Of a DNA stretch of 64,000 nucleotides, positions 11,459 to 23,631 are shown piece after piece (within the stretch, counting starts at the first letter, position 1; the number at the start of each line of letters is the position of its first letter). The notes under the pieces were generated by a model. That model saw only the letters and a program-made list of their open reading frames with translations. It was not told the origin of the DNA and searched no databases. Source of the stretch: Fimicolochytrium jonesii. Lineage: Eukaryota. Both the position numbers and the translations under genes were made by a program. Location: positions 1 to 64,000 of the forward strand of contig NW_026515694.1 of the NCBI RefSeq assembly GCF_025526975.1. The letters run 5' to 3'.

Positions 11459-14417
11459 ATGTCATCACACCAAGCGCTCCAGGGGTACCTGTGGTGTGGC
11501 ATATTTACTGGAGCAACCACACCACGGCGGAAGAGGAGGAAGGTTGCTCCGGTTACCCCGCGGTTGCCCATATGTCTGCCAACTGTACAGACGCCATTGC
11601 AGCCCCCGCGATTCGAGTTCCCACCGTCTGTCCAACGCCACTTGCCCCAAGCAATTGCAGACATGGTTAGCGAGAGTTCCGGCAAGAGTTCCGGCAATGA
11701 AGACGGGCAGCAGCAGCAGCAACAGCAGCGAGGGCTTTCACCCGTGGACAGGGGTCTGCAGCGCCAGCGCCCGTTGAACCTCCCCGCTCCCATCCCGTTC
11801 CTTTTTCCCAGCACACCGGGTGGACCCCTGGTGTATGAACCCCCGCCACCACCACCCGCTCAACGACCCCGCTCGCAAACACACGCCAGCACCAAGGTTT
11901 CGCTTCACCGAATCATCCATAATCAAGCTCAAAGGGAGCAAAGGGAGCGCCTGACAACGTTCATCGGCAATGTTCACGTCCTTGCGCGCCACACAACCTT
12001 CTTTCTCAAGTACTACCTTGGTGAGTTTTTGAGGTACACTGTATATTTCCCATAATATTTCCCATAAACCAATGTCCTGACTACTACGTCTGCCCACCAC
12101 AGCTGATCATCCTCTGCACGATTTCCCGGACATCACGGATAAGCACATCAGCATGATATTTGAGCTGCTAAACAATCCAGGCTACAACGGCAATCCGGTC
12201 ATCACGCAAGAGTTGCGTCCATGGGTTCAAGACTACTGTAATGTTCACGGATTCGCCCCCATCCGCATGCAATATTGCCAACAGACTGCAGCGTACACAG
12301 CTACGAGCATCTTCACAAACCTCAAAGTCAACGTACAAGAGCATTTCATTCAAATGCTTCTGCGCTATGTCAATGAAAGGCTTGGTTTGAAGCAAGTCGT
12401 ACTGCATCTCCGTAGAGCTGGAGTCAACCGAGCGCAGCGGCGACACTATTATCAGCGTGTCCGTCAGTTTAAAAAGTATGTGACGTTTGAAGAGTTTCCA
12501 ACCGAAGAAGAGTTTGCGCCCCTCACACGACTTGAGCGGACCGTCCTCGACGAGTTATGGGCTCTGTTTCCTCCCCAGGATGAACCGCTTGCGTACAGCC
12601 TTGCGGTGGATGCAATGCCATATTTAGGTGAGTTAGTATATTTCCCCCCCCCCCCCCCCCCCGGCTTCCTCTTTTGTCTAATCATGCTCCGTACCTGCCT
12701 CATCACAAGTGCCTACTGTGAGCTCTCATGTCTCTATGAGCGCTGTGGAATGCGGCTGTTTTCAGCGATCCCGCTACGCAAATCTCGAATCCAGTCATCT
12801 GTTAGGATCGACACAAAGGTCCTAGCCACTCATATCCTGGGCTTGAGCCACCATCGCATGGGGAAACTCACCGATCAACGCAAGCGGGAGCTGTGGGGGC
12901 AGTTTCTCAATGTGAATGTAAGTTAAGTCTGTATCCTTCTGCGCTTATTTCACTCACCTCACCTCGCTGAATGACGGATTGCAGGACAAGGTCTTCAAGG
13001 ATCGAAAGAAGCTTGGTCTCAAATTTGATGGCTCAATCAGCACAAACGAGTATTCCGCTACCATCCACTTCAAGAAGCCAGGGCTCAAGTACGGCCATCG
13101 CGCCGGGAAGCGCAGCAAAGCCCAAATGCAGGAAGAAGTCAAGCAGCTGTATTTTGAGCACCACATCGCCGAACTACGGGAGGCTCCAAACATCGTCTGC
13201 ATTGATCCGGGCAAGCGTGACCTCTTGTTCTGTCGAGACATCAAGAAGGAGCGGCCATTTCGGTACGTTTCAGTTGATTACTACTGCCCTGCTGTCCCTC
13301 CTCCCCCCCCCCCCCGTCTCCGCCCGCCAGCCACCACGCACCTCACCCGCCAGCCCCCCGTCTCCGCCCGCCAGCCCCCCGTCTCCGCTACCCCCCCCCC
13401 CCCGTCTCCGCCCGCCAGCCCCTTGTCTCCGCCCCCCAGCCCCCCGTCTCCGCCCACCATCCCCCCGTCTCCGCTGCCGCTCCCACCGCCCCTATCCCCA
13501 CCATCCCCATTGCGGCGACATTCCGTTGCAGCGTTCTCACAATGCACCACCCCATACCAGATACACATCCAATCAACGGGCGGTCGAGACAAAGTCGCGG
13601 TACTTTCAAAGAGACATGAGAGAGCGAAAGATCAATGTTGGCATCGCCGAGATGGAATCACATATTCCGTCGCACAAGAGCATGAAGATCGAGGCGTTCT
13701 CAGCGTTCATTGTGGATCACATACATGCAGGTATGATGTATTATGCATTGTCTTCAAATTCCATAATACATGGGCTGACATCCATATCCCAGATCCCGCC
13801 CTGGATGAGTTTTACCGGGATGAGATTCACGTCGCTCGCAGATTCAAGGCTCTCTCACTGCGGCAAAAGTCTGAGAGCAAGCTCATTAAGAACATGCGAC
13901 GCCGGTATGGAAAGCATTTTTCGGTTGTCTTGGGTGATTGGAGCGATGCTGGGAAAACAATGCGCTTTCAGGAGTCATCAAAGACCAAGGGGTGAGTGAC
14001 CATGATTGGTGGTATCTACTATGTATTCTATTATGCTAACTCATCATGGAAATTAGATTCCGCACACTCTTTGCGAGAAACAGCATTCCATGCTACTTGC
14101 TAGATGAGTATCGAACGTCCTCCGTGTGCCCAGACTGCCACGGGCGTGTGAAGAAAAACATCCGACGGCGGCTGTCATCTCGGCCATGGCAAGCTAGAAA
14201 GGGAAGAATGGAATACGTCCATGGATTGGTGGGTTGCCCCAACCCCGAATGTATCAACCAAGACTGGACGCCATTTGAGATTGCTGGAAGACGACCACTA
14301 CGGATGAAAGTGCACAATCGGGACGTCCTAAGCACCAAGAATTTCCTCTCGATTGTGCGTTCGGTGGTGTTTGGCAATGGCCGCAGACCAGACGCATTCT
14401 CCTGTAACCGTAGGTAG
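11459..14417 (+). CDS. Fanzor1 (eukaryotic TnpB/Cas12-related RNA-guided RuvC nuclease), 7 exons, ~768 aa
   Basis: Introns 12021-12102, ~12632-12709, 12918-12984, 13263-13560, 13731-13792 and 13992-14056 restore one frame. Motifs: IPLRK...RIDT, FDGSISTN, RuvC-I CIDPGKRDLL, RYTSNQR, LGDWS, RuvC-II LDEYRTS, Zn finger CPDC...CPNPEC, RuvC-III HNRDVLS, terminal RPDAF. Start codon and intron-2 donor are uncertain. Confidence 0.93.
13295..13510 (+). repeat. C-rich minisatellite (ccccccgtctccgcccgccag-like) within Fanzor intron 4
   Basis: About seven degenerate copies of gtctccgc within C runs. Confidence 0.85.
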
Positions 14418-14520
14418 TCTAGATTTCACCCCATACCATTTTCCGTGGTGGTTATCTGCCATCCACATCATTGTACCTCTGCCTGAGGCGTCGCCGATGA
14501 AGGCAACTTGTACACTTGAC
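14380..14520 (+). ncRNA. Candidate Fanzor omegaRNA (scaffold plus guide); boundaries approximate
   Basis: Expected position at the ORF 3' end; hairpin gtggtgg-ttatctg-cca(t)ccac at 14445-14466; second stem tgtac..tgcct/aggca..gtaca at 14472-14514. Confidence 0.5.
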
Positions 14521-15083
14521 AGGATTGAACGCGCTGCATTTTGCGGAGGGCATTGCCGAAATTGGCTATTCGCTCACCGTTTTGTCATCGGCCTTGGCAA
14601 GCTAGCTCTTTTCGGGACTCCACGCTGGACTCCACGGGCACCCGCAAATGGGGAAGTCGTGCGCTGCTCCGTATCAAATCAACAACCGCACGGTTATCAA
14701 CTCTCTCCATTAGCGGTACAGGCTCGGCTGCCACTCTGCATGCTTTGAAGCGCAGGTGGGCGCAAGCCCATAGACTTGATGGCCAATAGCTCCACTGACT
14801 GGGATGACCCGAGAAGCGGAGAGGCTGAAAGGCACCTTGGAACGATAGTCACCATCTTCGCTCTCGAGTGAAGTGCAGTTTTTGCCCCTCGCAGGGGGTC
14901 TTCCTGCGAGGAACTAGCCAATGGACTTAACCTGCAAATAGCCTACGGTAAACGAAATCTGATTTGGGAAGCTATTATGGTTCTATTTTGACTAGTGACA
15001 TGATACACATAAAAGGCTATCATAGGGACTAGACTATGAATCGTAACTCCTCCACAACGCCAGTGTTGGATTGGCAGCCATGC

Positions 15084-15908
15084 CTACGTCCTTTTGATTC
15101 GTGATTCCATTACGTCGGCGGTTGCAAATCTCTTACGATCCGGGACGGAATGGGTTCCGCCTAACCGATCGAGGAAACTGAAGATGGGCGCGAAATTCTT
15201 CTTCAACGTTAAATGGTGTTCCTCATGCTCTTGGGCAACATGACGCGCTGAAGGTAGAGCTTTGACAAGCCATTGTAAAGGGCTCATCAAGTAGAGCAGA
15301 GGATGGTCGAGGTATCCGGTGTGCGCCGTATTGAATTCCATGACGAGGGTCAGCACAGGGAGGAGTAGAGTCCAGAGGTTGAGTGTTGGGAAGAACTTGA
15401 GGACCAGGATGACCCAGATCGAGATGCCGGGCGATACGGCCAATATGTTCTCAATATATTCGGCTTTTGCCGTTAGGAAGAGATGGACGGGAACATCCTC
15501 GTGATGGCGTTTGTGGATGTGCACATAAAGGAAGGGGACTTGGTGGAAGGTCCGATGAACGCAGTAGTAGATGACATCAAAGCAGATGTATATCCCGATG
15601 ACCGATACTGCGATGTCCAGTGGCCGAAGCGCGAGATCCAAGCGGCCACTCAATACTTCAGGCGACGCGATGTGCACGAGCAGGGTCATCGGCGTTATCG
15701 AAAGACAAGTGAGATCTTTGAAGTTCTCGGAGAGGTGTCGACGACTGTTTGTCATCGGGCCGAGAGGCGTGCGACGCTTCAGAATCCTCGCGTGGAAGTA
15801 GAGGAAGTTGGTCCACTGCTCAAGGACGAGCATATGCGCTACGGCCCAAGCGGCGAGAAGGACCGACAAAGCGACCCCGACAACAATGGAAACGGAGATG
15901 TCTGTCAT
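15084..15908 (-). CDS. Fatty-acid hydroxylase/sterol desaturase family protein, intronless
   Basis: His boxes HRTFH, HKRHH, AHTGY, HEEHH followed by NFAPIFSFLDRLGGT. Confidence 0.9.
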   Translation of the reverse strand: MTDISVSIVVGVALSVLLAAWAVAHMLVLEQWTNFLYFHARILKRRTPLGPMTNSRRHLSENFKDLTCLSITPMTLLVHIASPEVLSGRLDLALRPLDIAVSVIGIYICFDVIYYCVHRTFHQVPFLYVHIHKRHHEDVPVHLFLTAKAEYIENILAVSPGISIWVILVLKFFPTLNLWTLLLPVLTLVMEFNTAHTGYLDHPLLYLMSPLQWLVKALPSARHVAQEHEEHHLTLKKNFAPIFSFLDRLGGTHSVPDRKRFATADVMESRIKRT

Positions 15909-16548
15909 GTTTGTACAGCAGCGCAGACGGAGTTGGCAGATACATGATGCAATGGGAAAGCCTCTCGTTACCCCGCTTTTATACGGCAAGGGGTTATCTC
16001 GATCTCGGGCCGTCTCGCCAACTCGCCTGTATTGAGCGCGTCTCGCAATTCGAATTGTATACCAACCGTCGCTATTTTAGGAAACCTGACAATGCTGCTA
16101 GACTTCCTCCACGCGCTTTCTAATCCTTGCAGGCTTTCTTTCACGAGATTACGTTCTTTCACAGGTGTCAAGTCCTCTCGGCAAGGTTGATGTACACTTC
16201 CTCCGCCCGCTTTACCATTCCATTGAAACATTGAAAACAAACCGTTCCCGCAGTGCCCGGGTATTTCAAGAAACTGGAAAGGCTTTTTTTTTTGCGCATG
16301 TTAGGTTAGATATGCTTCCTCCATCCGCGTCTTATCCTTGCAAGATGCTTTCAAATGTACATGTAACGCGTCCTCTCGGCAAGCTGGTTATACTTCTTCC
16401 ACCCGCTTCTTAGTCCTTGGAGGCTCAGTTTGAGATGTATCGAATCCGGTCGGCATGCTTGATGTGCTGCAGTCCATATCCCTCCAGATCCTTTCTTGAC
16501 GCATCAGTTAGACTACCATAGTGCGCATAGATTCACCAAATCACAGCT

Positions 16549-17924
16549 ATGCTCCTCAATGAAGTGCGCTTCTTGGATATCACCACCGTTCGATATAGCC
16601 CTGTCGACAGAGTTCTTATCTTACTGCTCTTGCTGGTCAATTTGGGGGCATGCCTTGGAAACGCCTTTTTAATCTACTTGTTCTGTACTGACAAGAAGCT
16701 TCGCAACCCCGCGGTAAGGATTGGGGAAAGTTCCCCGAGGATTTGTGCTCGACGGCTAACGATTTGTATTCTCTTAGACCTACCTCGTGCTCAATCTTGC
16801 CATCATCGATTTGTGTCTTGGCTCCGTCAACGCATTCTGTTTCTTTGCTCCAAATTTGATTACCGGCAAGTTTTACCTTGGCTTTGTCGGCGGACAGATC
16901 AATGGATACGCTGAAGTGATGTTTTGTGTGAGTGAGAATAAGAAACGTGACCTTTCCCAGTATAAAGATGAAGCATTCCTGATTTCGTTTTAAACATCCT
17001 CTAGGGGGCTTCACTCATAAATTTGGGCCTTCTCGGGTTTGACCGCTGGCTTGTAATCGTGCGAAACTACCGTATCAGTACCAAGCAAGCTTTTTATCTA
17101 GCAGCCCTCAGCTGGGTATGGGGCATCATTCTCGCGTCCGTTCCGTTCTGGTTCGGCAACCATCATATTCTTGAGTACAGTCGCCTGTACTTTGCGGGAG
17201 ATTGGTCCAATCAAAGTCCTGGCGGTCTCGTCATGACCATAGGCTGCCTGTTTACCGTGTCAATGCCTCTGCTCTGGTTCACATATTCCTATGCACAAAT
17301 CCTGCATGTTGTGAGGCAGAACAACCGGCAGTGGGCTCAGCTACAGCAACACGGACGGGGGAAGGACAGGAAACTGAGTGTCAAACCCGATCAACGAAGT
17401 CTGAAAGATCTCAAAGCTGCGCAACTAGAGGCTGCGATCGCGAAACGGTCGGCAATCGTCGTGGGTGTCTTCGTCATAAAGTACGTAAGGTGCAGAACAT
17501 CATCGTTCTTGTGGCCGGCGTGAGCTTATGAATCGAACCATCGTGTAGCTGGCTCTTCTACCTTGTCAATTTTCTGGCGGAACTCACAACTGGGCGTCAA
17601 TTCAATGGGACGCTCGACACATTCGCAGTTTTCGGTGCGCATCTCAATTCCTTCTTCAACCCGGTACTATTCATTCTATTGGATCCCCGATTCAAGGCCA
17701 GGGCTCGCCATGCACTCGGTATTAGACGTCATGGTGGTAATAGACGTCATGGTGGTATCCAACGTCAGGATGCGGACGACATCAGCAAAGAGAGTGGAGC
17801 CACGACATCCACGCACCGATCCGCGAACTTGTCTTGGGTGCCTCCGGCATCCCGAACCTCTATAGCTTCTACAGCGGTAAAGTCAACCCCCTCCCCCGTC
17901 ATGGAGGCGTGCACAAACGTGTAG
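16549..17924 (+). CDS. Class A (rhodopsin/opsin-like) 7TM GPCR, spliced
   Basis: TM1 GN, KLRNP, TM2 LNLAIID, TM3 FDRWLVIV, TM4 W, ECL2 E...DW, TM6 W, TM7 NPVLF, DPRFK; three short introns. Confidence 0.88.
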
Positions 17925-18946
17925 CGTGCGTTGATTTAGGCTCAACGGGGAGCGCGACAAGGCCAACTTCCGTACTTCTACTGCTCGCGTCTCGAAGTGT
18001 CTCTCGCCTGAGCAGTACCATTGTAGAATATAGACTTCTCCCACTTCACCGCTCTGATCAACTCGGCGAGTTTTTTCATAAACTCGCATCGTCCATTAAA
18101 GAGCGCATGTTCCGCTACAACCTTCATCTGTGACGTCGTTGCTTAAAATAGATATGTACTGAAATATGGCATCTTCACTTGGAGATGTACAGAGATATGA
18201 CATGGTCACTTGGAGATGTTCTGAGGTACGTTGCGCTGAGATCTTCGCCGTCGAAGTTCTGACCGACAAATCTGCGCCGTCGGCACGGGTGTCCGAACAT
18301 GTCGGCACATTGATCACTTCCAGAGCCCCGGGGGCCTGTCACGATTGTCCCCGTCCTTCCTGCTCCCGGCTAGTCAATGTTATGTGAATGGTTCCATTCA
18401 CACATCGTCTTCGACCTTCCGGCGGCTTGCATTCGCGAACGAAGCTCCATTCACCTAAAAACCTTGATTGTGACAATCGCTCTGCCTGGCTATTCATAGG
18501 AACATTCGCTTGCAGACAGGTGCGTGGTACCGCGACATCCGAAATAGATTGTGCGATGGCTTTTCGACAGCGCGTACCCAAGTGAGGCGGTCGGGAATTG
18601 ACAGTTCCGCGACCCCGCCGTCTCTAGAAGGACGAAAGAAGATGCCAAGGGATGAGCGGAATGCTTTCTAGAGAATGAAGGTTATTTTAGTATCGTCGTT
18701 TCTTCATTTGGGGGCGTTTACGGTCCCCACCGGTTTTCGTCGTCATCTACGCATTGCATAAAAAACTTCTCGTCAGACTTCCCTCCCCAACCGTTTTCAT
18801 TAAGACAAAGAAAAACAGATTTGTGCGAGATCCGCGTGCTACCTATACCCCACGATACACTTCGCCTACTCAGCAACACTCCCCCATACCCACGTTTGCG
18901 CTCTCCATACCCACGTTCGCACTCCCAAATGGGATGCTCGCGAAAC

Positions 18947-21900
18947 ATGTTCAAGCTGGTGCTCGTGTGGACTTTGATCCTCCTGCTTGCGTGGCCTGGC
19001 ACTTCAGCTCAGGGCATTAAGATCGGCGTGAGGTAACTATCGTGACTTTTTCATATCTCTGGATGCCCTCTGACCCGCCTTCTATTTCAATGACCTCCGC
19101 TCTATCCAGTCTATCCTTCCAAGGCGACGACGCCGAGTGGTCCGTCGCAGTGACAGAGGTCATGAACCTGCGGCTGCAGCAGCTGCTCGACCCCGCCGCA
19201 GACTACCCCGTAGTCGCCGATCTGCGTGTCCCGGGAGCGATCCAAATTGTGACCAACGACGCGTCGAGGCCGCATCAGCCATCGGTTCCGCCATCCACCT
19301 CGCTCAGACCCTCAACGCAAACGCGCTGATCGGCGTGGGCTACTCGGAGCCGACGACGGCGTTCGCGTCCGCGGCTCGGACGTTCGGTCTGCCCGTCTGC
19401 GATGGCGCGTCCACCAGCCCGAGCCTCTCCGCCAAGGGCGCGTATCCCAACTTCTTCCGGTTCCTCCCCAACGACAACATGGCCGGGGAACCGATCGTCG
19501 GGCTTGTGCACGCGCAGGGGTATCGGCAGGTCGGGGTCGTGTACAGTGTCGACAGCTACGGCGTCGGGCTCTCGAACTCCGTGCGCGACTATGCCGAGCG
19601 GTATGGCGTCGCGTTGCTCACGAGCCAGACGTATATTCCCGGCACGGGCGATTTCAAACCCGTCATGGATCAGATCGAGGCGTCCGGTGCGACGATCATA
19701 CTGTTCCTGGGCACCCATAACGATCTGCTGAGCATCCTTGCGGAAGCCAGCACGCGCGGGATGGTCGGCGCGGGGTATCAATGGATCACGGGTGACGATG
19801 CGCTCTACACCGATGTGAACAAAATCACTCCGGTGGAGAGGCACCTGCTGCACGGGGTATGGGCGTCGTACCCCAAGGAAGGCACGGGGGTGGCATGGGA
19901 CGCCTTCCTTACCGACTGGCGCAAAACGCACGATTTCGATCCATATTCGTATTCGCTTTTCTTCGCGTCCTGCATCGAATCGTTCGTCTGGTCCTACGAC
20001 CACGCCCTCCGCCACGGCAATGGCACGACCCTCGCCGCCCTCGCATCCAACACCGTCCGGCTCGCAACACCGCACGACGTGAGCTTCCCTGACCGGCTGG
20101 GAGTGACGGGTCCGTTGGCGTTGGACGGGAACGGGGATCGCTGTTTTACTTTGACATGCACGACGGGGATAACGGCACTTTTGCCGCGTTTAGGAATTGG
20201 ACGGGGATTGATGTCAAGGAGTTTCATCAGTACACGACTCCTGTGTACTTCTCCGGAGCGGTGGAGAAGCCTGCCGACGCGCTGGAAATCTACAAGGAGT
20301 ACAGAACCGTAGCGTGGGGTTCGGGACTCGGGGTGTTTGTCGTCATCGTTTGTGCGCTGAGCGTTCTCGCTGTTGGCGCCGTCGCGGCATATGTGCTTGC
20401 AAATCAGCGAAGCAGTGTCTTCAAGGTAACAGCGGGATGTCTCCAACCTTTATGCATCTTCTTGCTACTTTTACTTGCCTCCTGTCACGGAACAACGAAC
20501 ACACTCCTTAGCCATTTTTTTTCTCCCTCCATCTGCAGCCGCTCAGCCCCTCCTTCCTCCTGACCACCCTCCTCGGAACCGCCATCGCATCCTTCTACCC
20601 GCTCACCCTCCTCGGCACGCCCACCATCACATCCTGCACAGCCTCCGTGTGGATCCTCCCCGCCGCGCTCGGCTTGGTGCTGGGCAGCCTGCTCGTCAAG
20701 ACGTACCGGTTGTTTCGCATTTTCCGCAGTCAGGGCTTTGCGACCAAGAGTATGCAGAACTCGAGGATGTTTGTGCTGCTCGCGGTTTGTTTTGCGGTTT
20801 ATATGGTATGTGCGTGCGCGCACACTTCTGCAAGGGATAGAACCGGGGGTGGGGGGGGGGGGGGGGGGGGAATCCGTTTCTGATGGCATTTCGTACGATT
20901 GTAGATGCTGGCTGTGGTATGGACTGCTGTGGATGCGCCGAAACCGCAGTGGCACTTGCAACAGAAAGTGAGCCGCACGCACCACATCTTCGAGTACTAC
21001 TGTCGTTCGGACTCGGAAACGCTTCAGTGGGTTTTCCTAGGTGAGTGTGAAAGAAATCGGGTGCCATGTTTTCAACGATCTTTCTCCCTGTGTTGTCCGT
21101 GATGCTGACGAACGTTTCGTCGTTTCTGTCGCAGGCCTCACTTTTGCATACACCATTGGCTTGCTCATCTACGGCGGGTTCTTGTGCTGGGTCAGCCGAA
21201 ATTTGCCAAAGAAGTTCAGGTGAGCTTTTTGGGAATCTGTCCCTTCTTTTCTCAAGTGTCCAACTCATCATCCGTGTGTATGTTAGGGAAAGCAAACCCA
21301 TCGGCACCCTCCTCTACACGTACATCGGCATCTTCATCGCGCTCATCGTCATCCTCTTCGTCCTCGACCTGAATACCAGCGGGTTGTCCGCCCTCAAGAC
21401 GATCGCCACCGGTGGGGTGGTGGGGTGCACGTTGGGCGTTCTGTTTATCAAGAACTGTTACCTGGCGTGGGCCGAGAAGCAGAAGGAGAAGTCTGCGCCG
21501 CTGCTTGTTTCGGGCGTGGGGGGGACGTCGGAGATAAGGGGGAAGGGCAAGGGCAAGGAGACCTCGAGCGTGGGTGGTGGTGGTGATCAGGGTAACAGTA
21601 ACTTGGCTGTGAAAGCTGGGTCTCGGCATGCGGTGAGTGAGAATGAACATCACTTTGACAGCTGAACCTGTTTGTCCCCGGGATATGCTCATCGCCATGT
21701 TATTCCCCGTTCCTTCTGGTATGCTGCAGACCAAGGTCGGTGCGGTGTTTGTAGCCTCCAAACAATCGTTCATGACGGTTTGGCTCCCGAAACAGTTGAT
21801 CCTTTATGGCGATAAAGGATTCGCATTGATTGTCAACAGCAGCGATAGTGATCCGACATTGAACAGTAACATGCCCGTAAATGGGGGAATCTTTGTTCAT

Positions 21901-22247
21901 CAGTCAGCCCCCTCTCTTTTCTCTCCAACACATCCTCTGTACTTTATCACACACAGACCTGTCACTTCATTATGCTCTCAGAGTTTACATCAAGCATTCA
22001 AGCGTTGGAAACCAAACAACTTTACTGCCTGAAGCTCGCCCACAAGAAGGGCAAGACGGCCAACTTTATGATCCGAGTAGAATCTGAGCAAGAGTTGGAC
22101 GACTGGACGGCGAGACTGGCAAAAGAGTGCAGATCGGCCGTGAACGGGACCAACACCATTGGGGCCGGGGCGATTGCGACGACTCAACGTGTCGCTGCTA
22201 TCATGGAGTCGGCTACGGGGACGTCGAATGGGATGGACAAGGTGTAG
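18947..22247 (+). CDS. Class C GPCR (Venus-flytrap/ANF-receptor domain + 7TM_3) with C-terminal PH-like domain; apparent frameshifts
   Basis: Signal peptide; ALIGVGYS, STSPSLSAKGAYPNFFRFLPND, GVTGPLALDGNGDR; LLVKTYRLFRIF; RNLPKKFRESK; tail FMIRVESEQELDDW. Frame changes at ~19270 and ~20140 without a clear intron. Confidence 0.85.
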
Positions 22248-22839
22248 GCGTTTTGACATCTAATCCCAACCCGGTATTATTGTTGATAGATTCCTCATCA
22301 TCTATATCCTCATGACCGGATATTATGTAAGATTAATGTAAGAGCGTACTGTACGAGCGAGCGACTCGGGGGCTGGTGTCAATGGGTGTATGAAGTGCAT
22401 TTGACGGAAACCGACAGCGCAGACTCCGTTGAGATGATATTTCATCCTACCCTAAGTCACGTGAGAGATGAAATCCCTTGCCATTTGATTGGGTACTAAC
22501 TGGTACTGGCGCCGGGTGTTCGGAGGATGGGTAAAATTTGCGGGGGGGCCCAAATCAGCGAGCGACATGGCCGCCATCCCATCAGGCAGTCTGAGAGACT
22601 CTGAGTAAATACGATGGGTGGATGGAGTAGATGGATGGATGGAAGGGCGCAAGGCGAGGAGGAACGGGCGGGCGGCCGCAAACGCAAAAAGCAACAACAA
22701 ACACCCAACCCCCCTACGGTATATTCTGTACCCTCATCCTACATTATCCTGCTCCCCACCCACCCCAGCATCTCTCTCGCCCAACAACAACCAACCACAC
22801 TACATACAGTCCCCCCTCGCAACAACAACAACAATAACA

Positions 22840-23631
22840 ATGGCTCGCTCCTTCGCTATCGTGTCCGCTATCGCCCTCTTGGCCGCTGCCCCCTTCGCAG
22901 GTGTGCTCGCCCAGGCCGCAGAAGCTCCCTGTCCCGCAGTAACAAGGTTCCCCGCTGCCTCCACCGACGGTTCAAGTATCGGAATAGTCGCTGAGTGTGC
23001 TAGGGCTTGTCTGCAGATGTCCAACGCGGTGAGTAGTCAGACCGACCAACCATCACTCTCCCCTTGGAGTTCCGTCAGTCCCATGAGGTCTCCTTTCTCA
23101 TCCTTCTCCCCCCTTCCTTCTCCCATCCCACAGTGCGTGTGTGGATCCACCAACCCGTTCGCCGACCGCAACTGTGTCTGCACCCAAGAAAAGTTCGAGG
23201 ACGACTTTGTCGGTTGCGCCCAGTCCGACTGCGCCGGCGCAGCTGACATCAACAAGTTCCGTGCCTACAAAACCGGTTTCTGTTCCGGCACCATCAAGCC
23301 CCCTGCCGGACCCGCTGCACCAGCAAAGACGACCTCCAAAGTCGTTGCCTCCACTACCCGCTCGGTGGTCATCGTCCCCACTTCCACCTCAGTCATCGCC
23401 AACCGCACCGTCAGTGCTAACGTCACCACCAGCGCCGTTACTAGCTCCACCTCCGCTGTCGCCTCCGTGACCCTCCGTCCCTCTGCCGTTGCTCCCGTCG
23501 TTGTTCCCGCTCTCACCAGCGCCACCGCCGCCGCCGCCGCCACTGGCACAAACTCGGCCCAGAACAACGCTGCCGTCGGATCCGGCGCTTTCGCAGCCCT
23601 CATGGGTGTCATCGCGGCTGCCCTGGCGTAG
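22840..23631 (+). CDS. Secreted CFEM-like, Ser/Thr-rich, probably GPI-anchored protein
   Basis: Signal peptide, CARAC...CVC...C...C cysteine pattern, in-frame intron ~23029-23133, S/T-rich stalk, hydrophobic C-terminus. Confidence 0.8.
   Translation: MARSFAIVSAIALLAAAPFAGVLAQAAEAPCPAVTRFPAASTDGSSIGIVAECARACLQMSNAVSSQTDQPSLSPWSSVSPMRSPFSSFSPLPSPIPQCVCGSTNPFADRNCVCTQEKFEDDFVGCAQSDCAGAADINKFRAYKTGFCSGTIKPPAGPAAPAKTTSKVVASTTRSVVIVPTSTSVIANRTVSANVTTSAVTSSTSAVASVTLRPSAVAPVVVPALTSATAAAAATGTNSAQNNAAVGSGAFAALMGVIAAALA

Noticed and set aside
12971..13609. Pro-rich and Gly-rich ORFs inside the Fanzor locus
   Set aside because: Explained by read-through of the C-rich intron.
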